The translations under genes and the position numbers were made by a program. Under the pieces are notes generated by a model. That model was not told where the DNA came from. It made no database searches and saw only the letters and a list, made by a program, of their open reading frames with translations. This document shows, piece after piece, positions 48,701-63,900 of a stretch of DNA of 64,000 bases. Source of the DNA: Bugula neritina (taxonomy: Eukaryota; Animalia; Bryozoa); assembly GCA_964035545.1 (NCBI GenBank), contig CAXIUT010000230.1, forward strand, positions 372,001-436,000, written 5' to 3'. How positions within the stretch are numbered: position 1 is the first letter of the stretch; each line of letters opens with the position of its first letter.

Positions 48701-51700
48701 GCAGTGCAACATACTGCAACATACTAAAATATACTGCAACATGCTGAAATACACTGCAAAATACTGAATAACACTGTAACATACTGAAATACACTGCAAA
48801 ATACTACAACATATTGAAATACACTGCAATACATTGAAATATACTGCAACATACCTAAATATAGGGTAATATACTGAAATGTACTGTAACACATTGAAAA
48901 ATACTGCAAAATACTGAAATACACTGCAACATACTACAACATACTGAAATACGCTGTAATACATTGAAATACACTGCAACACATTGAAATATACTGTAAC
49001 TCGCTGAAACATACTGTAACTCACTGAAATATAGTGTAATATACGGAAATGTACTGTAAAATACTGGAATATACTGTAACACACTGAAATATACTGCAAC
49101 ATAATGAAATACACTGTAATATACTGAAATACACTACAACATCCCGCAACATATTGAAATACACTGCAGCACACTGCAACATACTGCAACATACTAAAAT
49201 ATACTGCAACATACTGAAATACCTTGCAAAACACTGAAATACACTGTAACATACTGAAATATACTGCAAAATACTGCAACACATTGCGACATACGGCAAC
49301 ATACTAAATTACACTGTAACATATTGAAATACACTGCAACACATTGAAATATGCTGCAATGTACCGAAATATATGGTAAACTACTGAAATATACTGTCAC
49401 ACATTGAAAAATACTGACACATACTGAAATATACTGCGACACATTGCAATATACTGTAACATACTGAAATATGCTGTAGCACACTGAAATACATTGCAAC
49501 TCACTGAAATATACTGCAACATACTGAAATACACTGTAACATATTGAAATATACTGCAACATACTAAAATACACTGCAACATACTACAACATATTGGAAG
49601 ACACTGCAACACATTGAAATATACTGCAACATACCTAAATATACGGTAATATACCAAAATAAACTGTTACACATTGAAAAATACTGCAACATACTGAAAT
49701 ACACTGCAACACACTGAAAAACACTGCAAAATACTGTAACACACTGAAATATACTGCAAAATACTGAAATACACTGCTACATACTGAAATATACTGCAAC
49801 ACACTGCAACATACTGCAACATACTAAAATATACTGCAACATACTGAAATACACTGCAAAATAGTGAAATACACTGTAACATACTGAAATATATTGCAAC
49901 ATACTGAAGTACACTCCTACATACTGAAATATACTGCAACTCACTGCAACAAACTCCAACATACTAAAATACACTGTAACATATTGAAATACACTGCAAC
50001 ACATTGAAATATACTGCAAAATACTGAAATACACTGCTACACACTGAACTATACTGCAACACACGGCAACATACTGCAACATACTAAAATATACTGCAAC
50101 ATACTGAAATACACTGCAAAATACTGAAATACACTGTAACATACTGAAATATACTGCAACATACTGAAATATACTGCTACATACTGAAATATACTGCAAC
50201 ACACTGCAACATACTGCAACATACTAAAATACACTGTAACATAATGAAATACACTGCAACACATTGAAATATACTGCAAAATACTGAAATACACTGCTAT
50301 ATACTGAAATATACTGCAACACACTGCAACATACTGCAACATACTAAAATATAATGCAACATACTGAAATACACTGCAAAATACTGAAATACACTGTAAC
50401 ATACTGAAATATACTGCAACATACTGAAATACACTGCTACATACTGAAATATACGGCAACACACTGCAACATACTGAAACATACTAAAATACACTGTAAC
50501 ATACTGAAATACACTGCAAAATACTACAAAATTTTGAAACACACTGCAATACATTGAAATATACTGCAACATACCTAAATATACGGTAACATACTGAAAT
50601 ATACTGTAACACATTGAAAAATACTACAAAATACTGAAATACACTGCAACATACTACAACATACTGAAATACGTTGTAATACATTGAATATACTGCAAGA
50701 TACCTAAATATGCGGTAATATACTGAAATAAACTATAACACATTGAAAATACTGCAACATACTGAAATACACTGCAACACACCGAAATATACTGCAAAAT
50801 AAAACAACATACTGAAATACACTGTAACATATTGAAATACACTGTAACACATTGAAATATACTGCAACATACCGAGATATATTGTAAACTACTGAAATAT
50901 ACTGTAACACATTGAAAAATGCTGCAACATACTGAAATTTACTGCGACACATTGCAATATACTGTAACATACTGAAATATGCTGTAGCACACTGAAATAC
51001 ACTGCAACTCACTGAGATATACTGCAAAATACTGAAATACACTAAAACATATTGAAAAATACTGCAACATACTGAAATACACTGTAACATACTGAAATAC
51101 ACTGCAAAATACTACAACATATTGAAATACACTGCAACATACCTAAATATACGGTAAGAAACTGAAATATACTGTAACACATTAAAAAGTACAGCAACAT
51201 ACTGAAAGATACTGTAACATAATGAAACACACTGCAACATACTGCATTATACTGACATACACTGGAACATAATGAAATACACTGCAACAAATTGAAGTAT
51301 ACTGCAACACACCGAAACATACGGCAACATACTGAAATATACTGCGACAGATTGAAATGTACAGCAACATACTGAAACATACTGCGACACATTGCAATAT
51401 ACTGCAACATACTGAAATACGCGGTAATATATTGAAATACACTGCAACACATTGAAATATACTGTAACTCGCTGAAATATAGTGTAATATACGGAAATGT
51501 ACTGTAACATACTGGAATATACTGTAACACACTGAAGTATACTGCAACATACTGAAATGCAGTGCTACATACTGAAATATACTGCAACATACTGCAACAT
51601 ACTGAAATACACTGTAACATACTGAAATACACTGCAACATACTACAACATACTGAAATACACTGCTACATACTGAAATATACTACTACATACTGCAACAT

Positions 51701-52130
51701 TTGGCAACATACTGAAATATACTGCGACACATTGCAGTATACTGAAACATACTGAAATATGCTGTAGCACACTGAAATACACTGCAACTCACTGAAATAT
51801 ACTGCAACATACTGAAATACACTGTGACATACTGAAATATACTGCGACATACTGCACCATACTGAAATACACTGTAACATACTGAAATACACTGCAACAC
51901 ATTGAAATATACTGCAAAATACTGAAATATACTGCTACATACTGAAATATACTGCAACACACTGCAACATACTGCAACATACTGAAATATACTGCGACAC
52001 ATTGCAATATATTCTAACATACTGAAATACAGTGCTACATACTGAAATATACTGCAACATACCGAAATACACTGTAACATGTTGAAATATACTGCAACAT
52101 ACCTAAATATACGGTAATATACCAAAATAT
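39745..52130. repeat. ~5-kb higher-order repeat: two full copies (~39745-44690, ~44691-49666) plus a more diverged partial third
   Basis: ORF offsets of 4946 (40115/45061, 41261/46207), 5006 (42192/47198, 43671/48677) and 4976 (44421/49397, 44691/49667). Shared 9-mer ctaaaaatt at ~41132 and ~46078, plus ctataccaca and ctgtaacgca in both full copies. Confidence 0.88.
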
Positions 52131-55100
52131 ACTGTAACATAATGAAAAATACTGCAACATACTGAAATACACTTCAACACACTGAAAAACACTGCAAAAT
52201 ACTGTAACACACTGAAATATACTGCAAAACACTGAAATACACTGCTACATACCAAAATATACTGCAACACAGTGCAACATACTGCAACATACTAAAATAT
52301 ACTGCAACATACTGAAATACACTGCAAAATACTGAAATACACTGTAACATACTGAAATACACTGCAAAATACTCCAACATACTGAAATACACTGCTACAT
52401 ACTGAAATATACTACTACATACTGCAACATTTGGCAACATACTGAAATATACTGCGACACATTGCAGTATACTGAAACATACTGAAATATGCTGTAGCAC
52501 ATTGAAATATACTGCAAAATACTGAAATACACTGCTACATACTGAAATATACTGCAACACACTGCAACATACTGCAACATACTGAAATATACTGCGACAC
52601 ATTGCAATATATTCTAACATACTGAAATACAGTGCTACATACTGAAATATACTGCAACATACCGAAATACACTGTAACATGTTGAAATATATTGCAACAT
52701 ACCTAAATATACGGTAATATACCAAAATATACTGTAACACATTGAAAAATACTGCAACATACTGAAATACACTGCAACCTCTGAAAAAAACACTGCAAAA
52801 TACTGTAACACACTCAAATATACTGCAAGACACCGAAATACACTGCTACATACTGAAACATACTGCAACACACTGCAACATACTGCAACATACTAAAATA
52901 TACTGCAACATACTGAAATACACTGCAAAATACTGAAATACACTGTAACATACTGAAATATACTGAAATACACTGGAACATATTGAAATACACTGCAACA
53001 AATTGAAGTATACTGCAACATACTGAAATACACTTCAACACACTGAAAAACACTGCAATATACTGTAACATACTGAAATATGCCGTAGCACACTGAAATA
53101 CACTGCAACTCACTGAAATATACTGCAACATACTGAAATACACTGTAACATATTGAAATGTACTGCAACATACTGCAACATACTGAAATACACTGGAACA
53201 TATTGAAATACACTGCAACAAATTGAAGTATACTGCAACACACTGAAACACACTGAAATACACCGCAAAACACTACAACATACTGAAACATACTGCAACA
53301 TACTGAAATACACTACTACATACTGAAATATACTGCAACATACTGCACCATACTGAAATACACTGTAACATACTGAAATACACTGCAACATAATACAACA
53401 TTTTGAAATACACTGCAACACATTGAAATATACTGCAACATACCTAAATATACGGTAATATACCAAAATATACTGTAACATAATGAAATATGCTGTAGCA
53501 CATTGAAATACACTGCAACTCACTGAAATATACTGCAACATACTGAAACACAGTGCTACATACTGAAATATACTGCAACATACTGCAACATACTGAAATA
53601 CACCCTAACATACTGAAATTCACTGCAACATACTACAACATTTTGAAATACACTGCAACACATTGAAATATACTGCAACATACCTAAATATACGGTAATA
53701 TACCAAAATATACTGTAACATAATGAAAAATACTGCAACATACTGAAATACACTTCAACACACTGAAAAACACTGCAAAATACTGTAACACACTGAAATA
53801 TACTGCAAAACACTGAAATACACTGCAACACATTAAAATATACTGCAACATACTGAAACATACTGCAACATACTGAAATATTGTGCGACACAATAAAATA
53901 TACTGCAACATATTGAAATATACTGTAACATACTGCAACATACTAAAATACACTGCAACATACTGAAATACACTGCAAAATACTGAAATACACTGTAACA
54001 TACTGAAATACACTGCAAAATACTCCAACATACTGAAATACACTGCTACATACTGAAATATACTACTACATACTGCAACATTTGGCAACATACTGAAATA
54101 TACTGCGACACATTGCAGTATACTGAAACATACTGAAATATGCTGTAGCACACTGAAATACACTGCAACTCACTGAAATATACTGCAACATACTGAAATA
54201 CACTGTGACATACTGAAATATACTGCGACGTACTGCACCATACTGAAATACACTGTAACATACTGAAATACACTGCAACACATTGAAATATACTGCAAAA
54301 TACTGAAATACACTGCTACATACTGAAATATACTGCAACACACTGCAACATACGGCAACATACTGAAATATACTGCGACACATTGCAATATATTCTAACA
54401 TACTGAAATACAGTGCTACATACTGAAATATACTGCAACATACCGAAATACACTGTAACATGTTGAAATATACTGCAACATACCTAAATATACGGTAATA
54501 TACCAAAATATACTGTAACACATTGAAAAATACTGCAACATACTGAAATACACTGCAACCTCTGAAAAACACTGCAAAATACTGTAACACACTCAAATAT
54601 ACTGCAAAACACCGAAATACACTGCTACATACTGAAATATACTGCAACACACTGCAACATACTGCAACATACTAAAATATACTGCAACATACTGAAATAC
54701 ACTGCAAAATACTGAAATACACTGTAACATACTGAAATATACTGAAATACACTGGAACATATTGAAATACACTGCAACAAATTGAAGTATACTGCAACAT
54801 ACTGAAATACACTTCAACACACTGAAAAACACTGCAATATACTGTAACATACTGAAATATGCCGTAGCACACTGAAATACACTGCAACTCACTGAAATAT
54901 ACTGCAACATACTGAAATACACTGTAACATATTGAAATGTACTGCAACATACTGCAACATACTGAAATACACTGGAACATATTGAAATACACTGCAACAA
55001 ATTGAAGTATACTGCAACACACTGAAACACACTGAAATACACCGCAAAACACTACAACATACTGAAACATACTGCAACATACTGAAATACACTACTACAT

Positions 55101-58100
55101 ACTGAAATATACTGCAACATACTGCACCATACTGAAATACACTGTAACACACCGAAATACACTGCAACATAATACAACATTTTGAAATACACTGCAACAC
55201 ATTGAAATATACTGCAACATACCTAAATATACGGTAATATACCAAAATATACTGTAACATAATGAAATATGCTGTAGCACATTGAAATACACTGCAACTC
55301 ACTGAAATATACTGCAACATACTGAAACACAGTGCTACATACTGAAATATACTGCAACATACTGCAACATACTGAAATACACTGTAACATACTGAAATTC
55401 ACTGCAACATACGACAACATTTTGAAATACACTGCAACACATTGAAATATACTGCAACATACCTAAATATTCGGTAATATACCAAAATATACTGTAACAT
55501 AATGAAAAATACTGCAACATACTGAAATACACTTCAACACACTGAAAAACACTGCAAAATACTGTAACACACTGAAATATACTGCAAAACACTGAAATAC
55601 ACTGCTACATACCAAAATATACTGCAACGCAGTGCAACATACTGCAACATACTAAAATATACTGCAACATGCTGAAATACACTGCAAAATACTGAATAAC
55701 ACTGTAACATACTGAAATACACTGCAAAATACTACAACATATTGAAATACACTGCAATACATTGAAATATACTGCAACATACCTAAATATAGGGTAATAT
55801 ACTGAAATATACTGTAACACATTGAAAAATACTGCAAAATACTGAAATACACTGCAACATACTACAACATACTGAAATACGCTGTAATACATTGAAATAC
55901 ACTGCAACAAATTGAAGTATACTGCAACACACCGAAACATACGGCAACATACTGAAATATACTGCGACAGATTGAAATGTACAGCAACATACTGAAACAT
56001 ACTGCGACACATTGCAATATACTGCAACATACTGAAATACGCGGTAATATATTGAAATACACTGCAACACATTGAAATATACTGTAACTCGCTGAAATAT
56101 AGTGTAATATACGGAAATGTACTGTAACATACTGGAATATACTGTAACACACTGAAGTATACTGCAACATACTGAAATGCAGTGCTACATACTGAAATAT
56201 ACTGCAACATACTGCAACATACTGAAATACACTGTAACATACTGAAATACACTGCAACATACTACAACATACTGAAATACACTGCTACATACTGAAATAT
56301 ACTACTACATACTGCAACATTTGGCAACATACTGAAATATACTGCGACACATTGCAGTATACTGAAACATACTGAAATATGCTGTAGCACACTGAAATAC
56401 ACTGCAACTCACTGAAATATACTGCAACATACTGAAATACACTGTGACATACTGAAATATACTGCGACATACTGCACCATACTGAAATACACTGTAACAT
56501 ACTGAAATACACTGCAACACATTGAAATATACTGCAAAATACTGAAATATACTGCTACATACTGAAATATACTGCAACACACTGCAACATACTGCAACAT
56601 ACTGAAATATACTGCGACACATTGCAATATATTCTAACATACTGAAATACAGTGCTACATACTGAAATATACTGCAACATACCGAAATACACTGTAACAT
56701 GTTGAAATATACTGCAACATACCTAAATATACGGTAATATACCAAAATATACTGTAACATAATGAAAAATACTGCAACATACTGAAATACACTTCAACAC
56801 ACTGAAAAACACTGCAAAATACTGTAACACACTGAAATATACTGCAAAACACTGAAATACACTGCTACATACCAAAATATACTGCAACACAGTGCAACAT
56901 ACTGCAACATACTAAAATATACTGCAACATACTGAAATACACTGCAAAATACTGAAATACACTGTAACATACTGAAATACACTGCAAAATACTCCAACAT
57001 ACTGAAATACACTGCTACATACTGAAATATACTACTACATACTGCAACATTTGGCAACATACTGAAATATACTGCGACACATTGCAGTATACTGAAACAT
57101 ACTGAAATATGCTGTAGCACATTGAAATATACTGCAAAATACTGAAATACACTGCTACATACTGAAATATACTGCAACACACTGCAACATACTGCAACAT
57201 ACTGAAATATACTGCGACACATTGCAATATATTCTAACATACTGAAATACAGTGCTACATACTGAAATATACTGCAACATACCGAAATACACTGTAACAT
57301 GTTGAAATATATTGCAACATACCTAAATATACGGTAATATACCAAAATATACTGTAACACATTGAAAAATACTGCAACATACTGAAATACACTGCAACCT
57401 CTGAAAAAAACACTGCAAAATACTGTAACACACTCAAATATACTGCAAGACACCGAAATACACTGCTACATACTGAAACATACTGCAACACACTGCAACA
57501 TACTGCAACATACTAAAATATACTGCAACATACTGAAATACACTGCAAAATACTGAAATACACTGTAACATACTGAAATATACTGAAATACACTGGAACA
57601 TATTGAAATACACTGCAACAAATTGAAGTATACTGCAACATACTGAAATACACTTCAACACACTGAAAAACACTGCAATATACTGTAACATACTGAAATA
57701 TGCCGTAGCACACTGAAATACACTGCAACTCACTGAAATATACTGCAACATACTGAAATACACTGTAACATATTGAAATGTACTGCAACATACTGCAACA
57801 TACTGAAATACACTGGAACATATTGAAATACACTGCAACAAATTGAAGTATACTGCAACACACTGAAACACACTGAAATACACCGCAAAACACTACAACA
57901 TACTGAAACATACTGCAACATACTGAAATACACTACTACATACTGAAATATACTGCAACATACTGCACCATACTGAAATACACTGTAACATACTGAAATA
58001 CACTGCAACATAATACAACATTTTGAAATACACTGCAACACATTGAAATATACTGCAACATACCTAAATATACGGTAATATACCAAAATATACTGTAACA

Positions 58101-60529
58101 TAATGAAATATGCTGTAGCACATTGAAATACACTGAAACTCACTGAAATATACTGCAACATACTGAAACACAGTGCTACATACTGAAATATACTGCAACA
58201 TACTGCAACATACTGAAATACACCCTAACATACTGAAATTTACTGCAACATACTACAACATTGTGAAATACACTGCAACACATTGAAATATACTGCAACA
58301 TACCTAAATATACGGTAATATACCAAAATATACTGTAACATAATGAAAAATACTGCAACATACTGAAATACACTTCAACACACTGAAAAACACTGCAAAA
58401 TACTGTAACACACTGAAATATACTGCAAAACACTGAAATACACTGCAACACATTAAAATATACTGCAACATACTGAAACATACTGCAACATACTGAAATA
58501 TTGTGCGACACAATAAAATATACTGCAACATATTGAAATATACTGTAACATACTGCAACATACTAAAATACACTGCAACATACTGAAATACACTGCAAAA
58601 TACTGAAATACACTGTAACATACTGAAATACACTGCAAAATACTCCAACATACTGAAATACACTGCTACATACTGAAATATACTACTACATACTGCAACA
58701 TTTGGCAACATACTGAAATATACTGCGACACATTGCAGTATACTGAAACATACTGAAATATGCTGTAGCACACTGAAATACACTGCAACTCACTGAAATA
58801 TACTGCAACATACTGAAATACACTGTGACATACTGAAATATACTGCGACGTACTGCACCATACTGAAATACACTGTAACATACTGAAATACACTGCAACA
58901 CATTGAAATATACTGCAAAATACTGAAATACACTGCTACATACTGAAATATACTGCAACACACTGCAACATACGGCAACATACTGAAATATACTGCGACA
59001 CATTGCAATATATTCTAACATACTGAAATACAGTGCTACATACTGAAATATACTGCAACATACCGAAATACACTGTAACATGTTGAAATATACTGCAACA
59101 TACCTAAATATACGGTAATATACCAAAATATACTGTAACACATTGAAAAATACTGCAACATACTGAAATACACTGCAACCTCTGAAAAACACTGCAAAAT
59201 ACTGTAACACACTCAAATATACTGCAAAACACCGAAATACACTGCTACATACTGAAATATACTGCAACACACTGCAACATACTGCAACATACTAAAATAT
59301 ACTGCAACATACTGAAATACACTGCAAAATACTGAAATACACTGTAACATACTGAAATATACTGAAATACACTGGAACATATTGAAATACACTGCAACAA
59401 ATTGAAGTATACTGCAACATACTGAAATACACTTCAACACACTGAAAAACACTGCAATATACTGTAACATACTGAAATATGCCGTAGCACACTGAAATAC
59501 ACTGCAACTCACTGAAATATACTGCAACATACTGAAATACACTGTAACATATTGAAATGTACTGCAACATACTGCAACATACTGAAATACACTGGAACAT
59601 ATTGAAATACACTGCAACAAATTGAAGTATACTGCAACACACTGAAACACACTGAAATACACCGCAAAACACTACAACATACTGAAACATACTGCAACAT
59701 ACTGAAATACACTACTACATACTGAAATATACTGCAACATACTGCACCATACTGAAATACACTGTAACATACCGAAATACACTGCAACATAATACAACAT
59801 TTTGAAATACACTGCAACACATTGAAATATACTGCAACATACCTAAATATACGGTAATATACCAAAATATACTGTAACATAATGAAATATGCTGTAGCAC
59901 ATTGAAATACACTGCAACTCACTGAAATATACTGCAACATACTGAAACACAGTGCTACATACTGAAATATACTGCAACATACTGCAACATACTGAAATAC
60001 ACTGTAACATACTGAAATTCACTGCAACATACGACAACATTTTGAAATACACTGCAACACATTGAAATATACTGCAACATACCTAAATATACGGTAATAT
60101 ACCAAAATATACTGTAACATAATGAAAAATACTGCAACATACTGAAATACACTTCAACACACTGAAAAACACTGCAAAATACTGTAACACACTGAAATAT
60201 ACTGCAAAACACTGAAATACACTGCTACATACCAAAATATACTGCAACGCAGTGCAACATACTGCAACATACTAAAATATACTGCAACATGCTGAAATAC
60301 ACTGCAAAATACTGAATAACACTGTAACATACTGAAATACACTGCAAAATACTACAACATATTGAAATACACTGCAATACATTGAAATATACTGCAACAT
60401 ACCTAAATATAGGGTAATATACTGAAATATACTGTAACACATTGAAAAATACTGCAAAATACTGAAATACACTGCAACATACTACAACATACTGAAATAC
60501 GCTGTAATACATTGAAATACACTGCAACA
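51273..60529. repeat. Tandem duplication of a 4620-bp block
   Basis: ORFs repeat at offset 4620 (51665/56285, 52174/56794, 53684/58304, 55534/60154). Private markers caccctaaca, ttgtgcgaca caataaaata and ctctgaaaaaaaca occur in both copies. Confidence 0.95.
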
Positions 60530-60989
60530 CATTGAAATATACTGTAACTCGCTGAAACATACTGTAACTCACCTAAATATAGTGTAATATACGGAAATGT
60601 ACTGTAAAATACTGGAATATACTGTAACACACTGAAATATACTGCAACATAATGAAATACACTGTAATATACTGAAATACACTACAACATCCTGCAACAT
60701 ATTGAAATACACTGCAGCACACTGCAACATACTGCAACATACTAAAATATACTGCAACATACTGAAATACCTTGCAAAACACTGAAATACACTGTAACAT
60801 ACTGAAATACACTGCAACACATTGAAATATACTGCAAAATACTGAAATACACTGCTACATACTGAAATATACTGCAACACACTGCAACATACGGCAACAT
60901 ACTGAAATATACTGCGACACATTGCAATATATTCTAACATACTGAAATACAGTGCTACATACAGAAATATACTGCAACATACCGAAATA

Positions 60990-63900
60990 CACTGCAACAC
61001 ATTGAAATATACTGCAACATACCTAAATATACGGTAATATACCAAAATATACTGTAACATAATGAAATATGCTGTAGCACATTGAAATACACTGCAACTC
61101 ACTGAAATATACTGCAACATACTGAAACACAGTGCTACATACTGAAATATACTGCAACATACTGCAACATACTGAAATACACTGTAACATACTGAAATTC
61201 ACTGCAACATACTACAACATTTTGAAATACACTGCAACACATTGAAATATACTGCAACATACCTAAATATACGGTAATATACCAAAATATACTGTAACAA
61301 AATGAAAAATACTGCAACATACTGAAATACACTTCAACACACTGAAAAACACTGCAAAATACTGTAACACACTGAAATATACTGCAAAACACTGAAATAC
61401 ACTGCTACATACCAAAATATACTGCAACGCAGTGCAACATACTGCAACATACTAAAATATACTGCAACATGCTGAAATACACTGCAAAATACTGAATAAC
61501 ACTGTAACATACTGAAATACACTGCAAAATACTACAACATATTGAAATACACTGCAATACATTGAAATATACTGCAACATACCTAAATATAGGGTAATAT
61601 ACTGAAATATACTGTAACACATTGAAAAATACTGCAAAATACTGAAATACACTGCAACATACTACAACATACTGAAATACGCTGTAATACATTGAAATAC
61701 ACTGCAACACATTGAAATATACTGTAACTCGCTGAAACATACTGTAACTCACTGAAATATAGTGTAATATACGGAAATGTACTGTAAAATACTGGAATAT
61801 ACTGTAACACACTGAAATATACTGCAACATAATGAAATACACTGTAATATACTGAAATACACTACAACATCCCGCAACATATTGAAATACACTGCAGCAC
61901 ACTGCAACATACTGCAACATACTAAAATATACTGCAACATACTGAAATACCTTGCAAAACACTGAAATACACTGTAACATACTGAAATATACTGCAAAAT
62001 ACTGAAATACACTGCTACATACTGAAAAATACTGCAACACATTGCGACATACGGCAACATACTAAATTACACTGTAACATATTGAAATACACTGCAACAC
62101 ATTGAAATATGCTGCAATGTACCGAAATATATGGTAAACTACTGAAATATACTGTCACACATTGAAAAATACTGACACATACTGAAATATACTGCGACAC
62201 ATTGCAATATACTGTAACATACTGAAATATGCTGTAGCACACTGAAATACATTGCAACTCACTGAAATATACTGCAACATACTGAAATACACTGTAACAT
62301 ATTGAAATATACTGCAACATACTAAAATACACTGCAACATACTACAACATATTGGAAGACACTGCAACACATTGAAATATACTGCAACATACCTAAATAT
62401 ACGGTAATATACCAAAATAAACTGTTACACATTGAAAAATACTGCAACATACTGAAATACACTGCAACACACTGAAAAACACTGCAAAATACTGTAACAC
62501 ACTGAAATATACTGCAAAATACTGAAATACACTGCTACATACTGAAATATACTGCAACACACTGCAACATACTGCAACATACTAAAATATACTGCAACAT
62601 ACTGAAATACACTGCAAAATAGTGAAATACACTGTAACATACTGAAATATATTGCAACATACTGAAGTACACTCCTACATACTGAAATATACTGCAACTC
62701 ACTGCAACAAACTCCAACATACTAAAATACACTGTAACATATTGAAATACACTGCAACACATTGAAATATACTGCAAAATACTGAAATACACTGCTACAC
62801 ACTGAACTATACTGCAACACACGGCAACATACTGCAACATACTAAAATATACTGCAACATACTGAAATACACTGCAAAATACTGAAATACACTGTAACAT
62901 ACTGAAATATACTGCAACATACTGAAATATACTGCTACATACTGAAATATACTGCAACACACTGCAACATACTGCAACATACTAAAATACACTGTAACAT
63001 AATGAAATACACTGCAACACATTGAAATATACTGCAAAATACTGAAATACACTGCTATATACTGAAATATACTGCAACACACTGCAACATACTGCAACAT
63101 ACTAAAATATACTGCAACATACTGAAATACACTGCAAAATACTGAAATACACTGTAACATACTGAAATATACTGCAACATACTGAAATACACTGCTACAT
63201 ACTGAAATATACGGCAACACACTGCAACATACTGAAACATACTAAAATACACTGTAACATACTGAAATACACTGCAAAATACTACAAAATTTTGAAATAC
63301 ACTGCAATACATTGAAATATACTGCAACATACCTAAATATACGGTAACATACTGAAATATACTGTAACACATTGAAAAATACTACAAAATACTGAAATAC
63401 ACTGCAACATACTACAACATACTGAAATACGTTGTAATACATTGAATATACTGCAAGATACCTAAATATGCGGTAATATACTGAAATAAACTATAACACA
63501 TTGAAAATACTGCAACATATTGAAATACACTGCAACACACCGAAATATACTGCAAAATAAAACAACATACTGAAATACACTGTAACATATTGAAATACAC
63601 TGTAACACATTGAAATATACTGCAACATACCGAGATATATTGTAAACTACTGAAATATACTGTAACACATTGAAAAATGCTGCAACATACTGAAATTTAC
63701 TGCGACACATTGCAATATACTGTAACATACTGAAATATGCTGTAGCACACTGAAATACACTGCAACTCACTGAGATATACTGCAAAATACTGAAATACAC
63801 TAAAACATATTGAAAAATACTGCAACATACTGAAATACACTGTAACATACTGAAATACACTGCAAAATACTACAACATATTGAAATACACTGCAACATAC

